Below, piece by piece: positions 1-9,467 of a stretch of DNA of 64,000 bases. The position numbers were made by a program, and so were the translations under genes. Positions within the stretch are counted from its first letter, which is position 1, and each line of letters begins with the position of its first letter. This DNA comes from a bacterium (GTDB taxonomy: Bacteria; Joyebacterota; Joyebacteria; Joyebacterales; Joyebacteraceae). Where the stretch lies: the NCBI GenBank assembly GCA_025774245.1, contig JALGWI010000032.1, positions 226 to 64,225 on the forward strand, given 5' to 3'. The notes under the pieces were generated by a model that was not told the DNA's origin, ran no database searches, and worked only from the letters and a program-made list of their open reading frames with translations.

Positions 1-602
1 TGCTCTGAGTATTCTCTTTGTTGTGCCGGCCGCGTTCGGCGCCGTCATGACGTACGACTGGGAAGACGGTGGAGACCATCTCGGCCTGTACGGAACCGGC
101 GAGCCCCCGATCATCGTCACGAACGTGACCGCTCCCGATCCCGTCCACGGTGGTCTTTCTTCGCTCCTGCAGGCTCGAGGACAACTCGCCGAGCGGGACG
201 CCCAACATGTACGTCGCGTGGGTCAGGGGTCTGACCGATGGCGATGTCGTCACCGGTAGCTTCTGGCGCTACGACGACACGCCTAGTTCGTCGCCGTCCA
301 GCCGTATCTGGGGTAACTGGAATGACGACCCCGGCGACATCTTCAACTACAGCGGCAGCGCCAGCGGCAACAGCGACTACGGCCCCGGCCTGGGCTGGGA
401 CCAGACGTCGTTCGAGTGGACCGTGACCGACGGCCACACGGGTCTCGTGATCCACATCCGGACCTACTCGGTTCCGGGCGACACGGTCTGGGTCGACGAC
501 CTGGAGATCATCTATCCCGACACCGCCACGTGCCTCGTCCCGTCGGCCGCCTCGCCGGTCGAGGACGCGACCTGGGGCGGCATCAAGGCCCTGTATCGCT
601 AG
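1..602 (+). pseudogene. 5'-truncated (window edge), apparently frameshifted paralog of the secreted protein at 898..1515 (unknown family)
   Basis: Frame starting at nt 2 gives ...VPAAFGAVMTYDWEDGG...NVTAPDPVHGG, which aligns with the N-terminus of the 898..1515 protein. At about 150-165 (ggtggtctttcttcgc) the homology continues in the +1 frame (150..602: SPSGTPNMYVAWVRGLTDGDV...WGGIKALYR) down to TAG at 600-602. One indel relative to the paralog; could be a genuine pseudogene or a read error. Confidence 0.5.
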
Positions 603-667
603 TAGTTCGGACGCCCGCGCCGACGGCGGCGAGAGCCGGTGGCGGCCGCGGGTGTGAAACACAAGCG

Positions 668-699
668 GAGAGGCCCTGCCTTCCGAGGCGGGGCCTCTC
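668..699 (+). terminator. Hairpin terminator downstream of the first paralog
   Basis: gagaggccctgcc-ttccga-ggcggggcctctc: 13-bp stem with one G.U pair and a 6-nt loop, 66 nt after the stop. Confidence 0.55.
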
Positions 700-794
700 T
701 CTGTTCCGACGCGCCGCAGCGGAATCCGGGAGGGGAGGAGCGCTGGGGCGGGGGCCGCGCGGACGCCCGTCCGCCCCAGCAAACGAATCCCGGA

Positions 795-845
795 GATGGC
801 TTGACACTTCATCCTTGACATGTTAACATAATATAGTGAGTTTGG
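795..845 (+). promoter_or_regulatory. AT-rich promoter-like island upstream of the 898..1515 gene
   Basis: Two TTGACA hexamers (801-806, 815-820) followed by tgTTAACATAATATAGT in an otherwise 70% GC region. Candidate -10 TAACAT with an upstream TG, or TAATAT/TATAGT. Strong SD AAGGAGGGAGG lies 1 nt before ATG 898. Confidence 0.45.
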
Positions 846-897
846 ATCACCGTACCCGGCGGCGCACACGGGGTGCGCCTTACCCAAGGAGGGAGGC

Positions 898-1515
898 ATG
901 AAGAGGCTTCTTGCTACGACACTGGTTGTGCTCGTCTTCTCGGTCCCGACGCTCGCCACGACCGTCACCTACGGGTGGGAGGACGGCGGGACAATCCTGG
1001 GACAGTTCGGCGATCTCACGGCGACGAACGTCACGGCGCCCGACCCGGTCTACGCGGGGGAGCATTCGCTCCACGTCCTCGATGGGGCCGCGAGCGGGAC
1101 GCCCCAGGCGTTCGTGGCCTGGATCACCGGACTGACCGACGGAGACGTGATCGACGCCTGCTTCTGGCGGTACGACACGACGCCCGGCGCTTCGCCCTCG
1201 TGTCGCATCTGGGGGCACTATACGCCGGTCGGCGGCACGATCGACGACTACGCCGGCAGCGCAGGAGGCAACGACGACTACGGTCCCGGTGAGGGCTGGG
1301 ACGAGGTCTGCCACTCGTGGACGTTCGACTCCGACACCGGGGCCCGCGACGGGCTCATCGTCGAAGTTCGAACATACTCGAGTGCCGGCGACGAGGTCTG
1401 GCTCGACGATCTGACGGTCACCGCTCCGGACGGCACGACCATCACCGTGCCGCTCGTCACGCCGGTCGCCGAGTGCACGTGGTCGGCGATCAAGGCCCTC
1501 TACGCCAGCGAGTAG
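898..1515 (+). CDS. Secreted protein of unknown function (205 aa, signal peptide MKRLLATTLVVLVFSVPTLA); tandem paralog of the upstream gene
   Basis: ATG with strong SD; typical n-h-c signal peptide; conserved WEDGG...NVTAPDPV...W(R)YD...YGPG(E/L)GWD...KALY blocks shared with the upstream copy. No recognisable catalytic motif. Confidence 0.7.
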   Translation: MKRLLATTLVVLVFSVPTLATTVTYGWEDGGTILGQFGDLTATNVTAPDPVYAGEHSLHVLDGAASGTPQAFVAWITGLTDGDVIDACFWRYDTTPGASPSCRIWGHYTPVGGTIDDYAGSAGGNDDYGPGEGWDEVCHSWTFDSDTGARDGLIVEVRTYSSAGDEVWLDDLTVTAPDGTTITVPLVTPVAECTWSAIKALYASE

Positions 1516-1586
1516 CGGCGCCACGAGGCCAGGACCGCGGACGCGCGGCTCGACCGTGAGCCCGCGCCGACAGGTGTGTGTACGAA

Positions 1587-1613
1587 GGGGCCCCGCCCGA
1601 GCGGCGGGGCCCT
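1587..1613 (+). terminator. Hairpin terminator after the 898..1515 gene
   Basis: ggggccccgcc-cgagc-ggcggggccc: GC hairpin about 70 nt after the stop. Confidence 0.5.
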
Positions 1614-1823
1614 GACACGTCACGCCGGCCCCCCGGGGGTACCGCCGGGGTCCCTTCCGGCCCAGCCGAGTTGACACGGGTCCTCGGGCGTGCTAGCTTT
1701 GACTCATGAATCCACCGCCGGGGGAGGGCTCTTAGCTGAAGGCCTCCGGCGCGCCTCGGCAGCATCGACCGCGGTCAGGCTCCTCCACCCGAGCCGCCGC
1801 GGTCTCAGTCATCGGAGGAATCG

Positions 1824-2513
1824 GTGGGCAAGAGGAAGCGAATCACCAAGAAGGGACTCAAGCACGACGCCCTGCTCGAGACGGCCGCGAAGAGCACCAA
1901 GTTCGTCGAGCACCACATGAACAAGGTCCTGATCGCCGCGGTCGCCCTCATCGCCGTCGTGGCCATCGTCACGCTCGTCTCCCGTTCGAGACGCGCCACA
2001 GAGCTCGCTGCCAGCGCGGCCCTCATCACCGCCGGCCAGACGCTCAGCTCGGCCCAGATCGACATGGCCGCCCAGCAGTACCAGGACGTCATCGATCAGT
2101 ACCCGGGCACCAGGAGCGCGGGCGCCGCCGTCTGCTATCTCGGGACCATCAACTACCATCAGGAGAAGTACGAGGAAGCGCTCCAGCACTTCGACGAGTA
2201 CCTCGCGCGCTACGGCGGCTCCGGCAACCTCCGGCTCGTCGCGCTCGAGGGGAAGGCCGCCATCCTCGAACAGCGCCGCGACTTCGCCGCCGCCGCCGAG
2301 CTCTACGATCAGCTCGCCTCGGAGTCCTCCGACGTCGCGTCCGCCGCCGCCAGGAACCTCCTCAACGCCGCCCGGTGCTACCGCTCCGCCGGCGACTGGA
2401 CGGCCGTCCGCGACACCGCCGCCAGGATCCTCGACGAGCACGCCGGCACCAACCACGACGCCGACGCGCGTCTCTATCTCGCTGAGGCGGAGGCGCTCCT
2501 CGACGCGTCGTAG
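1824..2513 (+). CDS. Membrane-anchored TPR-like protein (YfgM-like architecture: N-terminal TM helix plus TPR-like helical repeats)
   Basis: GTG start; basic N-terminus then hydrophobic helix VLIAAVALIAVVAIVTLV; Ala/Leu-rich repeats with Y/W positions (YQDVIDQYPG, YEEALQHFDEYLARYGG, AAAAELYDQLA). Confidence 0.55.
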   Translation: MGKRKRITKKGLKHDALLETAAKSTKFVEHHMNKVLIAAVALIAVVAIVTLVSRSRRATELAASAALITAGQTLSSAQIDMAAQQYQDVIDQYPGTRSAGAAVCYLGTINYHQEKYEEALQHFDEYLARYGGSGNLRLVALEGKAAILEQRRDFAAAAELYDQLASESSDVASAAARNLLNAARCYRSAGDWTAVRDTAARILDEHAGTNHDADARLYLAEAEALLDAS

Positions 2514-2552
2514 CCGCGCGAACCGCCACCGACAGCAGGGAACACCAAGCGA

Positions 2553-2580
2553 GCCCGGGCGCAATGTCGCCCGGGCCGTT
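2553..2580 (+). terminator. Rho-independent-like terminator
   Basis: gcccgggcg-caatgt-cgcccgggc: perfect 9-bp stem followed by cgtttcgtttctc (T-rich for this genome), 40 nt after the TPR gene stop. Confidence 0.65.
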
Positions 2581-2774
2581 TCGTTTCTCGAGCGCGTTCC
2601 GTGCCGCCGCGCGATGCGTCCCGCGACGTCCCGCGACGCCACGCGCAGCGCCGCACGCAGCCCCGCGGGGGAGTCCGCGCCGTCGCTGCAAGCGCTGCGC
2701 TGCAACGCGGCCCGAAAAGGCGCCCGCGCGCGCCCGCCCACCGGGAATCGCCAGCCCTCTCGCGGCTCTCCCCG

Positions 2775-2812
2775 TATGTCGCATAATTGATATTATGTAA
2801 ACTAACACATGG
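2775..2812 (+). promoter_or_regulatory. AT-rich island with inverted repeat CATAAT-TGAT-ATTATG upstream of the MBL-fold gene
   Basis: gtcgCATAATtgatATTATGtaaactaacacatgg in GC-rich DNA; contains TTGATA and TAAACT hexamers. Candidate promoter/operator. Confidence 0.35.
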
Positions 2813-3075
2813 AGCGACTTCTGCCCCACTGGTCAGGATGAGTCCGGACGGCGTCCGACAAGGACAGAGAGCTGGTGAAGAACCTGCGACAACCGGGCGG
2901 GGCTCCCCCGGGATCACGGAGACGCTGGTTGCGGACGATCCTCGCAAAGACGTATGATTCGCGGCACAAGGACATTGAGATTGTGACCGAAGAAGGTGCG
3001 GGTCGCGGTGGTCCGCGGCGAAGGCGTGAAGCCGTCGGTGGAGCGCCAACCAGGATTGGATGGAGGCGGAAGAAG

Positions 3076-4395
3076 ATGCGGAACCGTTCATTGAGAAGAG
3101 CTCTGGTCGTGATCGGGCTTGTCGCGGCCGTCACAGGCGTATACTTCCTGGGCTACCGGGACGGCGACGTCGGCGAGGCGCCGCTGGCGGGACTGGTGCC
3201 TGCGGCCTGGGCGCAGGGCGGCAGGACGGAGGTCTCCCCCGTCAAGGCTCGGGAACGCGACTACTATGCGCCGGCCAGCGAGGACCTGGCGCCGGACGAG
3301 ATGCGCGTCGTGGCGCTCGGGACCGGGATGCCCACGCAACGCCCCTTCCAGGCTGCCGCCTGCTTCCTGGTCGAGCTCGGAAACGGCGACAAGTTCCTCT
3401 TCGACATAGGCTCAGGCTCTGCCGAGCGGATCGCCGCGATGCAGATCCCCTACGACTACCTCAACAAGATCTTCATCGGCCACCTTCACGGAGACCACTT
3501 CGGCGATCTCGGTGCGCTCTACGTGGGCGGCATGATCAGCGGGCGGCACCTCCCGTTGCGGATATGGGGACCCAGCGGACCGGTGCCCGAACTCGGGACG
3601 AAGTACGCGGTCGAGAAGATGAAGGAGATGTACACCTGGGACATCGCCGGGCGCGTAGGGATAACCGACACCCGCGGGTTCGGGCTCGAGGTGCACGAGT
3701 TCGACTATAAGGGCGTGAACCAGGTCGTCTATGAGGAGAACGGCGTAACGATCAGGTCGTTCCCCGCCATCCACGCGATCGACGGCCCCGTCAGCTTCAC
3801 CCTCGCGTGGAACGGCCTCAAGTTCGTCTACTCGAGCGACACCTACCCGAACACCTGGTTCGAGGAGTACGCGCGGGACGCCGACATCGTCATCCACGAG
3901 TGCTTCGTCGCGGTGCCCGATCTCGTGAAGAAGATGGGATTCTCTCCCGAGGCAGCGCTCATGGTGGGCACGCAGATCCACACCCCGCCGGAGGCATTCG
4001 GGAAGATGATGAGCACCATCAAGCCGCGCCACGCGATCGCGTACCACTTCTTCAAGGACTTCGACACAACCCTCGAGATCTACGAACGGATTCGCAGGAC
4101 CTACGACGGACCGCTCAGCCTGGCTGAAGACTACATGGTGTGGAACGTGACGAAGGACGCGATCCGCGCCCGCATGGCCGAGGTGGACGACCACGTGTGG
4201 GGGCCGCCGCTCGCCACTCCGGCGATCGTGCCTGACATGGCCGACCGCGCCGCAGTCAGCGAGGAGCTCGGCTGGGAGGTCGGCTACACCGAGTTCATCA
4301 TGAGTGGCCTGGCCGACTACCGCGACGTGATCGAGCCGATCTACAAGGAGGCGAGCGAGGTTCTCGGCCGGGAGTTCAAGTACCCGGAGAACTAG
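3076..4395 (+). CDS. Secreted/membrane-anchored metallo-beta-lactamase-fold hydrolase (RNase Z/ElaC-like family)
   Basis: ATG at 3076 preceded by GGAGGCGGAAGAAG (the upstream part of ORF 2875.. is unlikely to be coding); N-terminal signal/TM MRNRSLRRALVVIGLVAAVTGVYF; HxHxDH motif HLHGDHFGD; downstream His/Asp metal ligands. Confidence 0.75.
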   Translation: MRNRSLRRALVVIGLVAAVTGVYFLGYRDGDVGEAPLAGLVPAAWAQGGRTEVSPVKARERDYYAPASEDLAPDEMRVVALGTGMPTQRPFQAAACFLVELGNGDKFLFDIGSGSAERIAAMQIPYDYLNKIFIGHLHGDHFGDLGALYVGGMISGRHLPLRIWGPSGPVPELGTKYAVEKMKEMYTWDIAGRVGITDTRGFGLEVHEFDYKGVNQVVYEENGVTIRSFPAIHAIDGPVSFTLAWNGLKFVYSSDTYPNTWFEEYARDADIVIHECFVAVPDLVKKMGFSPEAALMVGTQIHTPPEAFGKMMSTIKPRHAIAYHFFKDFDTTLEIYERIRRTYDGPLSLAEDYMVWNVTKDAIRARMAEVDDHVWGPPLATPAIVPDMADRAAVSEELGWEVGYTEFIMSGLADYRDVIEPIYKEASEVLGREFKYPEN

Positions 4396-4471
4396 CCCGG
4401 CGACGGGAGATCGTCGCGGCGCCGAGCACGCAGGTCGAGCGCTCGAAACACGATCCCGCTGAACAAAGAAG

Positions 4472-4507
4472 CCCCAGGTGTGCCGCACTGCGCGGTGTCA
4501 CCTGGGG
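4472..4507. terminator. Bidirectional hairpin between convergent MBL gene (+) and leuS (-)
   Basis: ccccaggtg-(tgccgcactgcgcggtgt)-cacctgggg: 9-bp outer stem with inner GC pairing. Confidence 0.55.
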
Positions 4508-4543
4508 CTTCGGCATCGGCGTCTCTTGCCGTCGCGGCCGGCC

Positions 4544-7036
4544 CTATTTCACGATCAGATTGACGATCCTATCCGGAACGAAGATCACCCGCTTGAGTTC
4601 CTTGCCCTCGAGGTGCTTCGCCAGGCGCTCGTTCTGCTGCGCGAGCGCGACGACGGCCGCCTCCTCTGAGCCGCGGGGAACGTCGACGTCGCCCCGGAGC
4701 TTGCCGTTGATCTGGATCGCGATGGTGACGACGTCCTCTCGAGCCGCGTCCTCGTCGAAGCCGGGCCAAGCCGCGGCAAAGATCGAGCCGCTGCCGGCGG
4801 CGCGCTCCCAGAGCTCCTCGGCGAAGTGAGGGACCATCGGAGCGAGGAGGAGGACGATGTGGCGCGTCGCCTCGCGGACGGCGGCGCGCTCGCGGCCGGA
4901 CGGCTTCTTCTCACCCAGACCTTCTATGAACGAGCGGACCGCGTTCGTGAGCTCCATGACCGCCGCGACGGCCGTGTTGAAGTGAAAGCCGTCCATGTCG
5001 TGCGTGACCTTGCGGATCGTCTGGTGCGTCTTCCGGTGCAGGGCCTGCACGCTGTCAGGAAGATCGGGCGCCGTCAGGGGCTCTGGCGTCGCAGCACCGT
5101 TTGCGTCGAAGGGCCAGTCCATGACCAGATTCCACACTCTATTCAGGAACCGGTAAGCTCCCTCGACCGCCGTATCGCTCCACTCGGAGTCGCGGTCCGG
5201 GGGCCCGATGAAGAGCGTGTAGAGCCGCTCGGTGTCGGCCCCGTACCTCGCGATGAGTTCGTCCGGCGGCACGGCGTTGCCCTTCGACTTCGACATCTTC
5301 GTGCCGTCCTTGTTGATCATGCCCTGCGAAAAGAGTCGCTCGATCGGCTCGTCGAACCCGACGAGCCCGAGGTCGTGGAGCACCTTCGTCATGAACCGGA
5401 CGAAGATGAGGTGGCCGCACGCGTGTTCGATTCCGCCGATGTACTGATCGACCGGGAACCAGTGGTTCACGTCGGTCGTTACGAACGGAGCGCTCTCCTC
5501 CTTCGGGGAGATGTACCTCAACAGATACCAGCTCGAGTCGACGAAGGTGTCGAGCGTGTCGGTCTCCCTTCTCCCCTCTCCCCCGCACTTCGGGCACGGG
5601 GCTTCGAGGAAGCTCGCGGAGGTCGTGAGCGGCGACTCGCCCTTCCCGCTGAACGTCACGTCGGTCGGGAGCAGAACCGGGAGGTCCTCCTCGGGTACCG
5701 CCACCGGCCCGCACGCGGCGCAGTAGATCACCGGGATCGGCGTCCCCCAGTAGCGCTGCCTCGAGACGAGCCAGTCCCGGAGGCGGTAGCTCACGGCGCG
5801 GCGCCCGATCCCCTTCCCCTCCATCCAGTCGGCGATCCGCTCGATGCCCTCCCGGTTCGGGAGCCCGTCGAACTCGCCCGAGTTCGCCTGGACGCCGTCC
5901 TCGACGTAGGCCTCGGTCATGCCGTCGGCGGAGAGCGGGTCGTCCGGCCGGTCGATGACGACGCGGATCGGGAGTCCGTACTCACGCGCGAACTCGAAGT
6001 CGCGCTGGTCGTGCGCGGGCACCGCCATGACGGCACCCGTCCCGTACTCCATGAGAACGTAGTTGGCGATCCAGAGCTGGACCTTCTCGCCGTTCACGGG
6101 ATTGACGACGTGCCGGCCGGTCCAGACGCCGACCTTCTCGACGTCGGCGGCGCCGCGCTCGATCGCGGCCTGCGCCCTCACCTTGTCGGCGAAGGCCAGG
6201 ACCTCCGCCTCGCGATCGGTCCCGGCGACCAGGCCGCGGAGCAACGGGTGCTCGGCCGCCATGACCATGTAGGTGACGCCGAACGTGGTGTCGACGCGCG
6301 TCGTGAAGCAAGGGAGCGGGTCGCCCGTCTCGGCGACGGTGAAGTCGATCTCGACGCCCTCGCTCCGGCCGATCCAGTTCCTCTGCATGATGCGGACGCG
6401 CTCGGGCCACCCCTCGAGCCGATCGAGCCCCGTGAGGAGCCTGTCGGCGTAGTCGGTGATCTTGAAGAACCACTGCTCGAGATCGCGCGGGGCGACGACG
6501 CTGTCGCACCGCTCGCACTTCCCGTCGACGACCTGCTCGTTCGCGAGCACCGTCGCGCACGAGGGACACCAGTTGACCGACGCCGCCTTCCGGTACGCCA
6601 GCCCGTGCTGGAAGAGCTTCACGAAGATCCACTGCGTCCACCGGTAGAACGAGGGCTGGTGCGACGCGAACTCCCTCTCCCAGTCGTAGCCGATCCCCCA
6701 GGCCTCGAACTGCGCCTTCATCTTGATGATGTTCTGATCGGTCCAGACCGGCGGATGGATGCCGCGCTCGATCGCCGCGTTTTCCGCGGGGAGTCCGAAG
6801 GCGTCCCAGCCCATCGGGGTCAGAACGGACCTCCCCCGCATCATCTCGTAGCGGGCCACGGCGTCTCCGATGATGTAGTTCCTCCCGTGCCCGACGTGGA
6901 GGTCGCCGGAGGGATACGGATACATCACCAGGCAGTAGTACTTGTTCGGCGCGTCGGTCGGACAGCGGAAGAGCCCGCCCTCCTCCCAGCGACGCTGCCA
7001 CTTGGGCTCGATCTCGGCGAACGGATAGCGCTCCAT
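4544..7036 (-). CDS. leuS: Leucine--tRNA ligase
   Basis: 830 aa; HIGH motif (HVGHGRNY), KMSKS, editing domain; ATG with GAGGAA upstream. Confidence 0.95.
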   Translation of the reverse strand: MERYPFAEIEPKWQRRWEEGGLFRCPTDAPNKYYCLVMYPYPSGDLHVGHGRNYIIGDAVARYEMMRGRSVLTPMGWDAFGLPAENAAIERGIHPPVWTDQNIIKMKAQFEAWGIGYDWEREFASHQPSFYRWTQWIFVKLFQHGLAYRKAASVNWCPSCATVLANEQVVDGKCERCDSVVAPRDLEQWFFKITDYADRLLTGLDRLEGWPERVRIMQRNWIGRSEGVEIDFTVAETGDPLPCFTTRVDTTFGVTYMVMAAEHPLLRGLVAGTDREAEVLAFADKVRAQAAIERGAADVEKVGVWTGRHVVNPVNGEKVQLWIANYVLMEYGTGAVMAVPAHDQRDFEFAREYGLPIRVVIDRPDDPLSADGMTEAYVEDGVQANSGEFDGLPNREGIERIADWMEGKGIGRRAVSYRLRDWLVSRQRYWGTPIPVIYCAACGPVAVPEEDLPVLLPTDVTFSGKGESPLTTSASFLEAPCPKCGGEGRRETDTLDTFVDSSWYLLRYISPKEESAPFVTTDVNHWFPVDQYIGGIEHACGHLIFVRFMTKVLHDLGLVGFDEPIERLFSQGMINKDGTKMSKSKGNAVPPDELIARYGADTERLYTLFIGPPDRDSEWSDTAVEGAYRFLNRVWNLVMDWPFDANGAATPEPLTAPDLPDSVQALHRKTHQTIRKVTHDMDGFHFNTAVAAVMELTNAVRSFIEGLGEKKPSGRERAAVREATRHIVLLLAPMVPHFAEELWERAAGSGSIFAAAWPGFDEDAAREDVVTIAIQINGKLRGDVDVPRGSEEAAVVALAQQNERLAKHLEGKELKRVIFVPDRIVNLIVK

Positions 7037-7145
7037 GGTTCCTCAGGCCTCGCTCGGTCGGGGGCGTGCCACCCCCGCTCCCAGAGACAGAGAGGCCGGC
7101 ACGGGACAACGGTGCCGGCCTCGGTATTCGTGCTCGGCAGTCCCG

Positions 7146-8525
7146 CTAGAAACGATAGGTGAACGAGAGGCTCGGAATGATGATGTCCTCCAGGTGCTTG
7201 CCGGCCTGGTTGCCCGGGTCGCTGACGACCGCCGGATCGCGTATGCCGTCAATCGTCCTCACGTCGCTCAGCTGGTACGAGAGCGCGAAGTCGAGCGTCC
7301 AGACGTCCTGACGGTAGCCGACACCGAGACCGACCACGTTCTTGTCGGTCTCCGGCAGGATGAAGTTGTACGTGGCGTCGTCGGTGGCCGGCGTCGGTGA
7401 GTTCCTGTAACCGAGTCGCAGGGAGAGCGAGCGACTCACCCTGTAGTCGAAACCGATGGCGAACTCGTACGTATTCTCCCAGTTCATGGGCGTCGTGTTG
7501 CCGCCCGGCAGCTCGTTGTCGACCGTCCGGGCGAGCGAGTCGACGTCGGACCACTGCGTCCACTGGAGGTCGGCGGTGATCGTCAGCCCCTCGGCCAAGA
7601 AGTCGCGGTAGGCGAACCCGACCGCCGCCCACATCGGATACGTCAGGTCGAACGATTCGTTCTGCTTGGGCCTGGCCACGGGCTCCCAGCTCGAGACCAC
7701 CTCCACCCACCCCTCGTGCGTGACGGTCATGGGCGTCCTCAGGGACGCGCCGACGCTCAGGTAGTTTGTCGCGCGGTAGAGCACGCCGAACGTCGCGCCG
7801 TAGCTCCAGCCCGTCGCGTCCTCCGTCATCTGCGCCGGGTGGAGGTACGACGAGTCGGGCTCGGGGGCCTCGTTGTCGAAGATCTCCTGGATCCAGCCGC
7901 CGTTCTGGAAACGGACGTGGCTGTAGAGCGCGTGGCCCGTGACGCCGAGCGAAAGGCCCGGGATGATCTCCTTGGCCAGCGACGCCGAGACGACGTAGCC
8001 CTTGATGCTGCTCTCGTAGTTGGGCGGGATGCCCGTCGCGCGCGGCCCCACGTCGTCGGTCGTCGTGTAGTCGTCGATAAGATCGTCCCACACCTCGGTA
8101 CCGCTCCACTTCGCGCCGACCTCCGCGAGCGTGTACGCACCGAGGCCGACCTTCATGGTCGCAAGGTCGGCGTAGGCGAAGACGCCGGGCGCCCAGTGGT
8201 GCACGAGGCTGGACGTCGCCTGGATCGGCGAGGGCCGGTAGATGGGATTGCTGGGGGGACCCGAGAAGTAGACCGCTCCCTCGCGCGAGGCCAGCGGCAT
8301 TCCATCGGCCAGCGAGGCCGTTACCTCGATTCCCTTGATCTGGGTGATGCCGGCCGGGTTGTAGTGCATCGCGCTGTAGTCGTCCGAGAGCCCGACGAAG
8401 GCCGCCCCCAGCGAGGCAGCGCGGACGCCGATCTCGGGAACATAGAACCCGTTTGCAAGAGCCGCGACCGGCCCGAAGCAGAGGCTCACGAGACACACTA
8501 CGATGACGCTGGCGGATAGACGCAT
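7146..8525 (-). CDS. Outer-membrane long-chain fatty acid / hydrophobic compound transporter, FadL/OmpP1/TodX family
   Basis: Internal ATG (residue 28 of the ORF) with GGAGG 8 nt upstream; signal peptide MRLSASVIVVCLVSLCFGPVAALA; NPAG motif; beta-strand-rich; C-terminal ...FTYRF aromatic OMP terminus. Confidence 0.8.
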   Translation of the reverse strand: MRLSASVIVVCLVSLCFGPVAALANGFYVPEIGVRAASLGAAFVGLSDDYSAMHYNPAGITQIKGIEVTASLADGMPLASREGAVYFSGPPSNPIYRPSPIQATSSLVHHWAPGVFAYADLATMKVGLGAYTLAEVGAKWSGTEVWDDLIDDYTTTDDVGPRATGIPPNYESSIKGYVVSASLAKEIIPGLSLGVTGHALYSHVRFQNGGWIQEIFDNEAPEPDSSYLHPAQMTEDATGWSYGATFGVLYRATNYLSVGASLRTPMTVTHEGWVEVVSSWEPVARPKQNESFDLTYPMWAAVGFAYRDFLAEGLTITADLQWTQWSDVDSLARTVDNELPGGNTTPMNWENTYEFAIGFDYRVSRSLSLRLGYRNSPTPATDDATYNFILPETDKNVVGLGVGYRQDVWTLDFALSYQLSDVRTIDGIRDPAVVSDPGNQAGKHLEDIIIPSLSFTYRF

Positions 8526-8722
8526 TTTGGTACCTCCTCGCGGCACGCAGGGCACGCGTCGCGCGGTCCGGCCGCTATATCCAAAAGGAGCGCCCAAGAG
8601 GCGCACCGACAGGTGATTCGCTCCTAAGTTATTAGCACGACGAAAGAAGCGCCGTCAAGCCATTTCTAGGCGCCGGGGGGCTCGGAGGCCCCGGAGACCG
8701 GGGATCGGGGGGGGAGGCTACC

Positions 8723-9460
8723 TCACCGGCGGGCGCCGCCCTCGCGGGCATAGGCGCACCGCCGGACCAGCGGGCACTCGCCGCACCGCGGGAGCCGCGG
8801 GTGGCAGATCGCCCGCCCCAGCCGGATCAGGTTGACGTGGAGGGAGAGGGAACGACCCTGAGGCGCCACTGGCCGAAGCGCCTCGTAGGTCTCGTCCCGC
8901 GTCCTCGGCGCTCCGACGACACCGAGCCGCCCCACGATACGGTGGACGTGCGTGTCGACGGGCACCACCTCCCGGCCGAGGTCGAAGAGCGCGACGCAGG
9001 CCGCCGTCTTGGCGCCGACGCCCTTGAATCCCTGGAGATAGTCGATGACCTCGTCGGTCGGGGTCTCCCGCAGGAAGCCCAGATCGAGCGCCCCGGTCTC
9101 CTCACGGATCTCCCGAAGGACGTCCTTGATCCGCCGGGCCTTGATCCGGGCGAGTCCGCCCGAACGGATGGCGGCCTCGATAGACCGGACGTTCGCCCCC
9201 TCGGCGAGTTCCCACCGGGGGAACCTCTCCAGGAGCTGGTCGTACGCCCTGCCGGAGTTCACGTCGCTTGTGTTCTGGGAAAGGATGGTCTGGACGAGGC
9301 TTCCGACGAGGTCCGGGTCGGGACGCCTCTTCGGTCGCCCGAACTCCTCCTCGAGAAGATCGGTGATCGCGGCGAGCCTCTCGCGCGTGCGGGTGGGGGA
9401 AGCGCCGGGAGCGGAAGCGCGAGCGGTGGAGGCGCGGGCTCGGCCCGCCCCGCGCGTCAC
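8723..9460 (-). CDS. nth: Endonuclease III (HhH-GPD DNA glycosylase with C-terminal 4Fe-4S cluster)
   Basis: LVQTILSQNTSDVNS..., HhH (GFKGVGAKTAACV), catalytic D (VPVDTHV), CX6CX2CX5C (CHPRLPRCGECPLVRRC). Only in-frame start near the domain is a GTG 7 nt after the holA stop; the N-terminal Ala/Arg-rich part is uncertain. Confidence 0.8.
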   Translation of the reverse strand: MTRGAGRARASTARASAPGASPTRTRERLAAITDLLEEEFGRPKRRPDPDLVGSLVQTILSQNTSDVNSGRAYDQLLERFPRWELAEGANVRSIEAAIRSGGLARIKARRIKDVLREIREETGALDLGFLRETPTDEVIDYLQGFKGVGAKTAACVALFDLGREVVPVDTHVHRIVGRLGVVGAPRTRDETYEALRPVAPQGRSLSLHVNLIRLGRAICHPRLPRCGECPLVRRCAYAREGGARR

Positions 9461-9467
9461 AGCGCGC

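Noticed and set aside
4826-7162. 778-aa ORF on the plus strand
   Set aside because: Lies entirely antisense to leuS, which has unambiguous HIGH/KMSKS motifs. Arg/Asp/Val-rich low-complexity translation is typical of high-GC antisense frames.
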